From Nannocystaceae bacterium (GTDB lineage: Bacteria; Myxococcota_A; Polyangia; Nannocystales; Nannocystaceae): 64,000 nt of DNA. This document shows, piece by piece, positions 44,278-53,547 of this stretch. The position numbers were made by a program, and so were the translations under genes. The stretch lies in the NCBI GenBank assembly GCA_041389845.1, contig JAWKQZ010000037.1:9716-73715 (forward strand). Reading direction: 5' to 3'. How positions within the stretch are numbered: position 1 is the first letter of the stretch; every line of letters starts with the position of its first letter. Under the pieces are notes generated by a model. The model ran no database searches. It was given only the letters and a program-made list of their open reading frames with translations, and was not told where the DNA came from.

Positions 44278-44329
44278 CTGTCCTTTGGGACAGGTCCTTG
44301 GGCGGGCTCGGGGCTGTCTCTTGGGACAG
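44278..44329. repeat. two copies of the CTGTC(C/T)-N4-GGACAG palindrome
   Basis: CTGTCCTTTGGGACAG at 44278-44293 and CTGTCTCTTGGGACAG at 44314-44329, in the convergent gap between the giant gene and araC. Confidence 0.9.
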
Positions 44330-44393
44330 TTCTGAGCGACGCGCGAAGTCGCGCGTCGTGCCTCCCTGGAGCTCCTGCCCTCCGGGCGCCCGC

Positions 44394-45260
44394 TCAGGCC
44401 CCCCGTCCGAGCCGCCGGAGCTCGCCGCGACGGGCCATCGCCCGGTACCTCCCGGGGGTCGCGCCGATCGCCCGCGCGAAGGTCCGGGTGAAGTGAGAGA
44501 GATCGCCGAAGCCGACCTCGAGCGCGACCTCGGTGACCGGCGCGTCGTCGTCGAGGAGGCGGGCCGCGGCCGCGCGGACGCGGGCCTGGATCACGTACTC
44601 GTTGGGGGGGACGCCGACGACGGCGCGGAAGATCCGGAGGAAGTGGTAGGGGCTGAGGTCGACGTGGGCGGCGAGGTCGGCGAGGGTCAGGCGCTCGCCC
44701 GGGTGGGCGTCGACGTGGAGGGCGGCCGCGGCCGCGCGGGCCCGATCGCGGGGCTGCGGCGGCCGCTCGTCCGCGGCGCCAGGGCCCCGTCCGGCGAGCT
44801 CGCCGAGGACCGCCGCGGCGAGCTCGAGGGCGAGCTCGTCGAGCACCTGTCCTTCGGAGCAGGTCCGCGCGACCGCCCGGAGGAGCGCGGCGATCCGCGG
44901 CCGCGGCGGCAAGGCGGACGCCGCCCAGATCGCGCCGGGGGCGGCCTGGTCGGCGAGGATCGGCGCGAGGAGCTCGGGGGCGAAGGCGAGGCTCAGGCAC
45001 TCGTCGCCGCGGCTGTGCTCGTGGGAGCAGCAGAAGACCTCGCCGGGGGCGCCGAGGAGGACCGATCCCGGGACCATGGTGTGGGCGCGATCGCGGCAGC
45101 GGTAGGTGAACGTGCCCGCCTGAAACAGGGCGAGGGTGATCGCCCCGTGCACCTCGTCGAAGGGGCGATCGCGGGGGCCGGCGGTGCAGACGTAGCGACG
45201 GACCCCGAGCCCCGGCAGCGACGCCAGCGGGTCGACGGCGGGGCGGCGAGGGGCGTCCAC
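44394..45260 (-). CDS. AraC family transcriptional regulator
   Basis: C-terminal HTH_18 region: LTLADLAAHVDLSPYHFLRIFRAVVGVPPNEYVIQARV...EVALEVGFGDLSHFTRTFARAIGATPGRY. The GTG at 45260 was chosen because GC3 bias decays upstream of it; the start is uncertain. Confidence 0.85.
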   Translation of the reverse strand: MDAPRRPAVDPLASLPGLGVRRYVCTAGPRDRPFDEVHGAITLALFQAGTFTYRCRDRAHTMVPGSVLLGAPGEVFCCSHEHSRGDECLSLAFAPELLAPILADQAAPGAIWAASALPPRPRIAALLRAVARTCSEGQVLDELALELAAAVLGELAGRGPGAADERPPQPRDRARAAAAALHVDAHPGERLTLADLAAHVDLSPYHFLRIFRAVVGVPPNEYVIQARVRAAAARLLDDDAPVTEVALEVGFGDLSHFTRTFARAIGATPGRYRAMARRGELRRLGRGA

Positions 45261-45489
45261 GCGGCGAGCCTGCCCCGACGATCGAGCCCCGGCAAGCCGC
45301 GCGTTCGTCGCGGCGCCGCGCGGCGCGTCCGGTGTTCCACCTGACCTTTGAGACAGCCGTCGCGGGCGCCGGCTCGACCCTCGTGATCGCCGCGCCTGGG
45401 TCGTTCGGTCGAGTCGATCGCAGCAAGATCCCCCAAGTCGCCCGGGCGCCGCCGCGGCTATCCAGGGCTCGACAGGAGTCACCCCCATC

Positions 45490-45852
45490 ATGATCGATCA
45501 CCTGAACCTCCCCGTCCGCGACCTCGCCCGCAGCGCCCGCTTCTACGCCGCCGCCCTCGCCCCCCTCGGCGCCGGCGTGGTCGCCGAGTCCCCCGAGTCG
45601 GTCGGCCTCGGTCGCCCGGACGCCCCCCAGATCTGGCTCGCTCCGGCGGCCGAGGTCCCGGCGCTCCACCTCGCCTTCGTCGCCGCCGATCGGGCCGCGG
45701 TCCGCCGCTTCCACGCGGCCGCCCTCGCCGCGGGCGCGACCGACCACGGCGCCCCGGGCCTCCGCGCCGACTACTCGCCGACCTACTACGCGGCGTTCGT
45801 CCGCGATCCGGACGGTCACAACATCGAGGCGGTCTGCCACCGGGCCGAATAG
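45490..45852 (+). CDS. VOC family (glyoxalase-fold) protein
   Basis: MIDHLNLPVRDLARSARFY...LHLAFVA...YYAAFVRDPDGHNIEAVCH. Divergent from araC. Confidence 0.85.
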   Translation: MIDHLNLPVRDLARSARFYAAALAPLGAGVVAESPESVGLGRPDAPQIWLAPAAEVPALHLAFVAADRAAVRRFHAAALAAGATDHGAPGLRADYSPTYYAAFVRDPDGHNIEAVCHRAE

Positions 45853-45898
45853 GCGATCACCGCGGGCCCCTCGCCAGGGGCCCCCTCGTACCGACGAC

Positions 45899-46083
45899 GC
45901 GGCGTTCGTCCGCGCTCCGGACGGCCGCCCCCTCGACGCGGCGTTCGTCCGCGCTCCGGACGGCCGCACCCTCGACGCGGCGTTCATCCGCGCTCCGGAC
46001 GGCCGCACCCTCGACGCGGTCTGCCACCGGGCCGAATCGACGATCGCCGCGGGGCGCCTCGCCGGGCCCCCTCGTACGCGAGC
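45899..46083. repeat. degenerate duplicate of the VOC gene 3' end, with its first 39 bp amplified x3
   Basis: GCGGCGTTCGTCCGCGCTCCGGACGGCCGC(C/A)CCCTCGAC occurs x3 (45899-46015). Then GCGGTCTGCCACCGGGCCGAATCG... follows, mirroring 45790-45898. Confidence 0.9.
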
Positions 46084-46098
46084 GCCCGCGCCTCGTTC

Positions 46099-46260
46099 GC
46101 GCGGGCGCGAGGTCGAGGGGTCGCGCGGGCGCGAGGGCGAGGGGTCGCGCGGTCGAGGGGTCGCGCGGACGCGAGGTCGAGGGGTCGCGCGGGCGCGAGG
46201 TCGAGGGGTCGCGCGGGCGCGAGGGCGAGGGGTCGCGCGGGCGCGAGGTCGAGGGGTCGC
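46099..46260. repeat. 24-bp tandem repeat, about 7 copies (GCGCGGGCGCGAGGTCGAGGGGTC)
   Basis: Direct reading; one unit is truncated to 16 bp. It is followed at 46282-46297 by the palindrome CTGTCCCTTTAGACAG. Confidence 0.9.
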
Positions 46261-46491
46261 TGCCGCGCCGAAACAATGAACCTGTCCCTTTAGACAGGAA
46301 TCTCTCTCGGGCGATGTAGGCGACCGAACAACGGAGGAGGGCGCGGTGGTCCTCGTTCTCGGACCGGATCCGGCGCTCCGGCGCCCGCCTCCGCCGACGT
46401 CCACGGGGTGCGTCGCTCGATCGACGGGGCTCCTCGCCGATCTTGTCGCCGCGTCGCCGCGTCGATACGCTCGACGGTCGGAGGTTGGAGG

Positions 46492-47934
46492 ATGGGTATG
46501 AGGCACAATGGAACTCTCTTGGTGTTCGCGCTGCTGACGGCGGCTTGCGGCGACGACTCGGCGGTCGACACCGACACGAGCCCGACCACGAGCACGACGA
46601 CGACGACGACGACGACGACGTCCACGACCGGCGACACGACCACCGGCGAGGCGACGACCGCCAGCGACACGACGACCACCAGCGACACGACGACCACCAG
46701 CACGTCGACCACCAGCAGCGAGTCGACGACGACCTCGGCGGTGAGCGACACGCTCCCGTCCACCACCGAGGAGCCGCCGATCCCCTTCTGCGGCGACGGG
46801 ATGATCGATCCGGGGGAGGAGTGCGACGACGGCCCCGACAACGATGACACCAAGGCGTGCACCGCCGCGTGCACCACCGCGGCCTGCGGCGACGGCCTGG
46901 TCCAGGAGGGCGTCGAGGCCTGCGACGACGGCAACGACGACGACACCGACGCCTGCACCAGCGCCTGCGTCCCGGCGGCCTGCGGCGACGGACTGGTCCA
47001 GGAGGGCGTCGAGGCCTGCGACGACGGCAACGACGTCGACACCGACGCCTGCCTCTCCAGCTGCGTCGAGGCGAGCTGCGGCGACGGCATCGTCCAGGAG
47101 GGGGTCGAGGCCTGCGACGACGGCAACGACGAAGACCTCGACGCGTGCTCGAACGCCTGCGGGCTGCCCTCGTGCGGCGACGGGGTCAAGCAGCAGGACG
47201 AGGAGTGCGACGACGGCAACATGGTCGAGACCGACGCGTGCACCAACGCCTGCCTGAGCGCCAAGTGCGGCGACGGCGTGGTCCAGATGGGCGTCGAGCA
47301 GTGCGACGACGGCAACATGGTCAACACCGACGCGTGCCTCAACACCTGCGTCAACGCCAAGTGCGGCGACGGCGTGGTCCAGGCCGGCGTCGACGAGTGC
47401 GACGACGGCAACATGGTCAACACCGACGCGTGCCTCAACACCTGCGTCAACGCCAAGTGCGGCGACGGCGTGGTCCAGACCGGCGTCGAGCAGTGCGACG
47501 ACGGCAACATGGTCAACAACGACGGCTGCACCAACATGTGCACCACCGGCCCCACCTGCGGCAACCTCCTCACCAACTGGAACGGCTGGAGCTACTACAA
47601 GGTGACGGTCAACGGGACGATGAACGACAACAACGTCCGCGCGGCCTGCGAGGCCTGCGGGCTCACGGTCCCCTGTCAGGCGCTGCAGGGGTGCACCTAC
47701 AACGACAACATCTGCCTCCAGACCTCCAACGAGACCTCCTGCGGCAACCCGATGCTGAACATGGCCCAGTTCCTCTGCAACGGGAGCTCGCCGCCGAGCT
47801 GCCCGCAGGTCTACAACACCTATCAGTACATGGGAAACAACTGGCTCGGCGCGTGCGGGGCCAAGGCCAACCAGTGGTGCGTGATCGGCCAGAATGAGGC
47901 CAACCAGGACGCGCTCTGCGTCCTCCCGAAGTGA
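46492..47934 (+). CDS. lipoprotein with a Thr-rich linker, ~8 Myxococcus-type cysteine-rich repeats and a Cys-rich C-domain
   Basis: MGMRHNGTLLVFALLTAAC lipobox after a GGAGG-like RBS. Repeats CGDG.VQ.GVE.CDDGN...TDAC...C. A unique 130-aa C-terminal domain. Confidence 0.85.
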   Translation: MGMRHNGTLLVFALLTAACGDDSAVDTDTSPTTSTTTTTTTTTSTTGDTTTGEATTASDTTTTSDTTTTSTSTTSSESTTTSAVSDTLPSTTEEPPIPFCGDGMIDPGEECDDGPDNDDTKACTAACTTAACGDGLVQEGVEACDDGNDDDTDACTSACVPAACGDGLVQEGVEACDDGNDVDTDACLSSCVEASCGDGIVQEGVEACDDGNDEDLDACSNACGLPSCGDGVKQQDEECDDGNMVETDACTNACLSAKCGDGVVQMGVEQCDDGNMVNTDACLNTCVNAKCGDGVVQAGVDECDDGNMVNTDACLNTCVNAKCGDGVVQTGVEQCDDGNMVNNDGCTNMCTTGPTCGNLLTNWNGWSYYKVTVNGTMNDNNVRAACEACGLTVPCQALQGCTYNDNICLQTSNETSCGNPMLNMAQFLCNGSSPPSCPQVYNTYQYMGNNWLGACGAKANQWCVIGQNEANQDALCVLPK

Positions 47935-48207
47935 GCCCGACGCCCGCGGGGCCTTCCGCGTCGGTGCTCTCGGTCCGTCGGCGCCCCCGTCGGCGGGCCG
48001 GGCCGTCGAGGGCTGCGTCCTGCGTCGGCGGGGCGCGGCGACGGCCGTCGAGGGCCACGGATGGCCGCGTCGGTGCTCCGCGCCGGCGACACCGCCCGCG
48101 GCCGCGTCCGCGACCCGCGTCGGCGACCCGCGTCGGCGACCGCTTCGACGGCCGCGTCCGCGACCTCTTCGACGACCGCGTCGACGGCCCGCGTCCGCGT
48201 CCGCGGC

Positions 48208-49461
48208 TCAGCGGCGGCCGTGGAGGAAGTAGGTCTCCATCGGCCCGAGCCCCTTGACGTCGATCACCCCGCGCTTGGTGAAGTCGAAGCGGCCCTCGAG
48301 GCGCTCGTAGGTCGACGCCTCGACCTGGATGTGGCCGGGGAGGCCGTGGGACTCCATCCGGCTCGCGGTGTTGACGGTGTCGCCCCAGAGGTCGTAGGCG
48401 AACTTGCGGGTGCCGATGATCCCGGCGACCACCGGGCCGCTGTGGAGGCCGATCCGCACCGCGAGCGAGAGGTCGTGATCGACGCTGAGCTGGTCGACGG
48501 CGCCGAGCATCGCCATCGCCATCTCGGCCATCACCTCGGCGTGATCGCGGCGGGGCGTCGGCACCCCGGCGACGACCATGTAGGCGTCGCCGATCGTCTT
48601 GATCTTCTCGAGGCCGTAGGCGTCGCTGAGCGCGTCGAAGGCGGTGAAGACCACCCGCAGGACCTCGACGACCGCCTCCGGCTCGGTGACCGCGGCCCGC
48701 TCGGAGAAGCCGACGATGTCGGCGAAGAGGACGGTGACGTCGTCGAAGTGCTCGGCGATCCGGGCCTCGCCGGCCTGGAGGCGGCGGGCGATCGGCGCCG
48801 GGAGGATGTTGAGGAGGAGCGCCTCGGCCCGCTCCATCGCCGCCGAGAGGTCGGCGGTGCGCTCGGCGATCTTGATCTCGAGCTCGGCGTTGGCCCGCCG
48901 GAGGTCCTCCTCGAGGAGCGCGCGGCCGACCCGCGACGCGGTCATCGACGCGATCGTCGTCAGGATCTCGCGGTGGGTCTGGCTGAAGAAGTCGACCTCG
49001 GAGTGCTCGGAGTCGAGGACGCCGATCACCCGGTCGTTGTAGAAGATCGGGATCGCCACCTCGGAGAGGCGCACCTTGTCGTCGGCGATGTAGCGGGGGT
49101 CCGCCCGGGTGTCGGCGATGTAGATGGCCTCGCCGGTGGCCGCGACCGCGCCGACGATCCCGCGGCCGACCGGGATCTCGATCGGCGCCAGGATCTCGCG
49201 GCCCTCCGGGTTCTTGGGGCCGTAGGCGGCGCGCTGGACCAGCACCTCGCGGCGATCGTCGACGAGGTAGATGACGCAGTCCTCGAGGCCGAGGCGGGCG
49301 ACCGCGCTGTTGGCGACGTCCCAGAGGATGTCGTCGACGTCGGTCTGGGTGTGAAGGAGCGACGACGAGAAGAAGTTGACGACGTCGAGGTAGCGGGCCT
49401 TGGCCTCGAGCTCGGCGCAGCGCGCCCGGAGGGCGGCGATCTCGTCAGGCGAGTCGGCCAT
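48208..49461 (-). CDS. GAF-domain class III adenylate/guanylate cyclase
   Basis: GAF part (VGRGIVGAVAATGEAIYIADTRADPRY...). Cyclase part (VTVLFADIVGFSE...KTIGDAYMVVAG...RIGLHSGPVVAGIIG...YDLWGDTVNTASRMES). Confidence 0.92.
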   Translation of the reverse strand: MADSPDEIAALRARCAELEAKARYLDVVNFFSSSLLHTQTDVDDILWDVANSAVARLGLEDCVIYLVDDRREVLVQRAAYGPKNPEGREILAPIEIPVGRGIVGAVAATGEAIYIADTRADPRYIADDKVRLSEVAIPIFYNDRVIGVLDSEHSEVDFFSQTHREILTTIASMTASRVGRALLEEDLRRANAELEIKIAERTADLSAAMERAEALLLNILPAPIARRLQAGEARIAEHFDDVTVLFADIVGFSERAAVTEPEAVVEVLRVVFTAFDALSDAYGLEKIKTIGDAYMVVAGVPTPRRDHAEVMAEMAMAMLGAVDQLSVDHDLSLAVRIGLHSGPVVAGIIGTRKFAYDLWGDTVNTASRMESHGLPGHIQVEASTYERLEGRFDFTKRGVIDVKGLGPMETYFLHGRR

Positions 49462-49849
49462 CGCGCGAGCAGACTAGCCGATCGCGGCGCCCCTCGGCGT
49501 CACGCGCGGCGACGCGCGGTCATGCGCCGCCGCCGCCCCGCGCGACGAGCTCGACGATCACACCGACCCGCGATCGCCGGAGGCGCGACGCGGATCCGTC
49601 TGCGGAGGCCGGCGGAGCGGGCCCCGTCGAGGTCGTCGTCGCCCGCGGAGGGCCCGCGGGTGAGGCCGTCGTCGACCTCGCCCGGATCGCAGGCGCTGGA
49701 GCGGCCGCGGCACCCGTAGCGGGTCGCAGCACGAGAGGTCGGTCGGACTGGAGCAGGGCGGCGGCGGCGGCGGGCGGCCGCGCGCTCAAGGGCGCCGCGC
49801 GACCCGCCAACCTCCGCTCCGGGCCCCGCGCGACCCGCCGACGCCGCGC

Positions 49850-50866
49850 TCAGTCCTCGCCCCAGGCGACGCCCGCGAGCCAGGAGAGGAGGTCCTTGCC
49901 GACCACCCGCCGATCGCCGTCGTCGTGCCAGAACGAGAGCACCTGGCCGACGACGCCGCGCTTCGCCGGCGCGAGATCGAGGACGTGGTGGTTGCCGGCG
50001 CCGTCGTAGGTGAGCGGGATCCACTCGCGGATCCACCACCTCGGCTGGACGCCGCGGCCGACCTCGTGGCTCTCGTTGGCCCCGAAGACGCCGTCGTCCA
50101 GGAGCTCCTTCCAGACCCGCCACTCGCTGATGATCCGCGCGAGCGAGAGGAGCTCGCGGCCCTCGACCGGGTACTCGCGCGCGGGGCCGCCGTCGTGGGC
50201 GAGGAACCACGCCCGCACCGGCGCGGGGAAGGCGACCCCGAGGATCCGCTCGGCCCTGGCGACCGCGGCCGCGCTGGCGCCCCGGGGGAGCTTCACGCCG
50301 GCGGCGCTCGAGCGGGCCTCGATCCGGGCGATCAGGCCGGCGGTCGAGGCGGGCTTCTTCGTCGACTTCTTCGCTGTCTTTTTCGCCGCGCTCGACTTCT
50401 TTGCGCTCGTCTTCTTCGCGCTTGTCTTCTTCGCGCTCGACTTCTTCGCGCTCGCCTTCTTCGCCGACTTCTTCGCGGCCGGTTTCTTCGCGCTCGACTT
50501 CTTCGCGCTCGACTTCTTCGCGCTCGCCTTCTTCGCGCTCGCCTTCTTCGCGCTCGCCTTCTTCGCGCTCGCCTTCTTCGCGCTCGCCTTCTTCGCGCTC
50601 GCCTTCTTCGTCGCCTTCTTGGTCGCCGGTTTCTTCGTCGACTTCTTCGCGCTCGCCTTCTTCGTCGCCTTCTTGGCCGCCGGTTTCTTCGCGCTCGACT
50701 TCTTCGCGCTCGACTTCTTCGCGCTCGTCTTCTTTGCGCTCGCCTTCTTCGCGCTCGTCTTCTTCGTCGTCTTCTTCGCGCTCGACTTCTTCGCGCTCGC
50801 CTTCTTCGTCGCCTTCTTCGCGCCCGACTTCTTCACGCCCGTCTTCTTCACGCCGTCCATGGTCAC
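49850..50866 (-). CDS. histone H1-like (A/S)KK(A/T) repeat N-tail fused to an SMI1/KNR4 (SUKH-1) domain
   Basis: [27 protein letters not shown]... runs for about 185 aa. Then [35 protein letters not shown]...[17 protein letters not shown]...VLSFWHDDG, typical of SUKH-1. Assignment from memory. Confidence 0.85.
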   Translation of the reverse strand: MTMDGVKKTGVKKSGAKKATKKASAKKSSAKKTTKKTSAKKASAKKTSAKKSSAKKSSAKKPAAKKATKKASAKKSTKKPATKKATKKASAKKASAKKASAKKASAKKASAKKASAKKSSAKKSSAKKPAAKKSAKKASAKKSSAKKTSAKKTSAKKSSAAKKTAKKSTKKPASTAGLIARIEARSSAAGVKLPRGASAAAVARAERILGVAFPAPVRAWFLAHDGGPAREYPVEGRELLSLARIISEWRVWKELLDDGVFGANESHEVGRGVQPRWWIREWIPLTYDGAGNHHVLDLAPAKRGVVGQVLSFWHDDGDRRVVGKDLLSWLAGVAWGED

Positions 50867-50912
50867 GCCTCCGCCCGCGAGTATCCCCCGCGCGCGGCCG
50901 GGCTTGAAGCGA

Positions 50913-52586
50913 TCAGAGCCCGAGGCCGAGCTCGGCGAGGAGCGGCTTCAGGACCCCGCCGAGGCCCTCGGCGACGATCGACGCGACCGCGACGGTCGTC
51001 AGGGTCACGCTCGACCACTTGAGCCAGCGGCCGAGGACGATCCACATCAGGAAGCCGCCGAGGAAGAACGAGATCCCGAGCGCCGGCGAGAGGACGAGGC
51101 CGAGGCCGACGCCGATCGAGTCGGGGACCCAGGGGTGGATCTTCTTGATCCGCTCGATCAGGGTGTAGACCACGCCGATCGCCCCGCCGAGGAGGAGCGC
51201 GTCCCAGGCCCCCGGCGGCAGCGGGGTGGTGCCGTCGAAGATCTTGGCGCTCGCGGCCCACATCTTGGCGACCGGCGCCGGGTGCCCCTCGCCCTCGAGG
51301 ACCAGCGGCCTAGCGAGGTTGATCTGCTCGAAGACCAGGGCCGCGACCAGCGAGCAGGGGATCACGGTCAGGAGCTGGGCCCAGAACTGGTAGCGCGAGG
51401 GGACCTTGAACCAGCGGCCGTAGGCCATGTCGCCGGTGAGGAGGCCGGCCTGCGCCCCGGAGCCGGCGACGAAGCCGGCCCCGGTGAGGTTGACGGCGAC
51501 CGTGCGGCCGCCGAAGGCCGTGGTCACGCCCTGGAGGAGGATCCCCATCACCCGCGCCGGGTTGAAGGCGGTCTGGGCCGCCGCCCGGGTGGCGATGATG
51601 TTCTGGAGGAGCCCGCCGATGGCGATGAGGACGATCACCAGGAGGAGCGAGAGGCCGAAGAGGGTGGTCAGGACCGCGGACGCGACCACGAAGGCGATCG
51701 TCGCCAGGATCGCCAGGCCCCGCCCGGAGAGGACCGGGTCGTCGTCGTCGGTCTTCTCGCCGATCGCGAGGATGCTGGCGAAGGCGCCGACGAAGGTGCG
51801 CCAGTTGATCACGATCGTCACCACCCCGGAGGCGACCAGGAAGCCGAGGCCGGGCCAGAAGTAGCGGTGCGGCGCCGCGGGCTCGGGGAGCATCGGCGCC
51901 ATCACCATCAGCGCGGCGGCGCCGGCCAGGAAGCCGACGCAGGTCCGCATGCCCATCAGGTAGGAGCCGCCGAGGGCGAAGGGCGACCAGGCGATCGCGC
52001 CGCCGAAGGCCGCGAGGGGGCCGAGGGCGGTCTCGCTGGGGAAGAGCCCGTAGCCGCCGTCGTCGTTGCCGACCACCCAGACGATCAGCGCGAGCGCGGC
52101 TCCGAGGAGGATCTTCGGCTGCCGCGGATCGCCCTCTTCCACCAAGGCGCGGATCACCCCGGCGACCGCCTTGGAGCCCGGCCACGGCAGGTCCTCGCGG
52201 AGGATCAGGAGCTGGCGGAGCGGGATCACCATCACCAGGCCGACCAGGCTCGAGACGATCGAGAACGCGGCCATCTCGAAGACGGTGTAGGCCGGCCCGG
52301 TCATCGCCTTGGCGGCGAAGAAGTTGGCGATGAAGCCGAGGCTGCCGCCGGCCGAGCCCATCGTCGACACGATCACCATCTCGGTGACGGTGATCGGCAG
52401 CTTCGACACGAAGAAGAAGGCGAAGAAGAAGAGCGCCGCGATCGTCGGCCCCTCCTCGATGACCCCGAAGGAGAGGGTCAGGTACGAATCCATGCCGCAG
52501 AGCAGGAGGGCCAGGAGGAAGCCGGAGATCACCGCCCGGGGGTGACGCCGCTCTGCGGGGGAGGAGGCGCGAGAGCACGAGCGCAC
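50913..52586 (-). CDS. OPT-family oligopeptide transporter
   Basis: 557-aa polytopic ORF. The N-terminus [26 protein letters not shown] and overall topology resemble bacterial OPT proteins. Confidence 0.85.
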   Translation of the reverse strand: MRSCSRASSPAERRHPRAVISGFLLALLLCGMDSYLTLSFGVIEEGPTIAALFFFAFFFVSKLPITVTEMVIVSTMGSAGGSLGFIANFFAAKAMTGPAYTVFEMAAFSIVSSLVGLVMVIPLRQLLILREDLPWPGSKAVAGVIRALVEEGDPRQPKILLGAALALIVWVVGNDDGGYGLFPSETALGPLAAFGGAIAWSPFALGGSYLMGMRTCVGFLAGAAALMVMAPMLPEPAAPHRYFWPGLGFLVASGVVTIVINWRTFVGAFASILAIGEKTDDDDPVLSGRGLAILATIAFVVASAVLTTLFGLSLLLVIVLIAIGGLLQNIIATRAAAQTAFNPARVMGILLQGVTTAFGGRTVAVNLTGAGFVAGSGAQAGLLTGDMAYGRWFKVPSRYQFWAQLLTVIPCSLVAALVFEQINLARPLVLEGEGHPAPVAKMWAASAKIFDGTTPLPPGAWDALLLGGAIGVVYTLIERIKKIHPWVPDSIGVGLGLVLSPALGISFFLGGFLMWIVLGRWLKWSSVTLTTVAVASIVAEGLGGVLKPLLAELGLGL

Positions 52587-52896
52587 GCTACCAGGGCCCG
52601 CGTCGCGCGCCCACCCCCGGCGCAGCGACGCGCAGGGCCCCCTGGCGGCCTCGCTCCGGGCCGCGCCGCCGCGCCGCCGCGCCGGGGCTCACGGCGTACG
52701 GACGGCGTACGGGCGCCGTGGGCCCGGTGAGCGGCCGCGAGGCGAGCGCAGCCCGGAGCGCGGGCCCGCCTCCGCCCGCCTCGCCGTGATCGACGCGCTC
52801 GCTCCAGGGCGGGGCGAGAAGGCCCCTCGCTACGGCGCCAGGACGTCGGGCGTCGCCTTGACGACGTCGACGCGGCCCCGGCACTCTTGGAGGGCG

Positions 52897-53538
52897 ATGA
52901 GCGAGCGACGGAGCGGCCGGCGGAGCCTGGTGGACCGCGCGTCGACCCGGATCCTCGAGGCCCTCGGGACCCGCCTCTGGGGCTTCGCGCCGCGGCTGAT
53001 GGCGGTGATCGTCGACGAGCTCGGCGGCGCGGCGGCGCTCTCGTGGTTCGCCCGCAACATGCCCCGCTACGAGCGGACCTTCAAGGTCTTCGGGCCGGCG
53101 AGGACCCACCTCCTGGCGTCGACGATCTCGATGCTCTCGGGCTGTAAGTACTGCACCTTCGGCCACGCCTACGCCTTCCAGCTGGTGGTCCTCCGCGAGC
53201 GCAACCTCCTCTTCCCGATCGACGAGGGCGGCTTCCTCGAGCTCGCGAACGCCGACGCGGTGACGGTCCGGGCCCGCCTCACCGAGGCCCTCCGCGCGGT
53301 CCGCATGGACGCCGAGGTGAAGGCGCTCGATCGCCTCTACGAGCTCCTCGACGGCGCCCCGCCGGGCGACCTCGAGGACCAGCGGATCGCCCACCTGATC
53401 GAGATGTTCGCGACCCTGAACCGCTGCGGCATCGCCGGCGACGTCCTCCCCGACGCCGCCCACGACCCGGTCAACAAGGACGAGGCGCTCAAGCTCCGCT
53501 ACGGCGAGCTCCGGCGGGCCCAGTACGGCGCCGAGTGA
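52897..53538 (+). CDS. AhpD/carboxymuconolactone-decarboxylase-like protein
   Basis: From the ATG at 52897. It contains the CxxCxxxH signature SGCKYCTFGH in a helical protein. Confidence 0.65.
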   Translation: MSERRSGRRSLVDRASTRILEALGTRLWGFAPRLMAVIVDELGGAAALSWFARNMPRYERTFKVFGPARTHLLASTISMLSGCKYCTFGHAYAFQLVVLRERNLLFPIDEGGFLELANADAVTVRARLTEALRAVRMDAEVKALDRLYELLDGAPPGDLEDQRIAHLIEMFATLNRCGIAGDVLPDAAHDPVNKDEALKLRYGELRRAQYGAE

Positions 53539-53547
53539 GCGCGGCGC

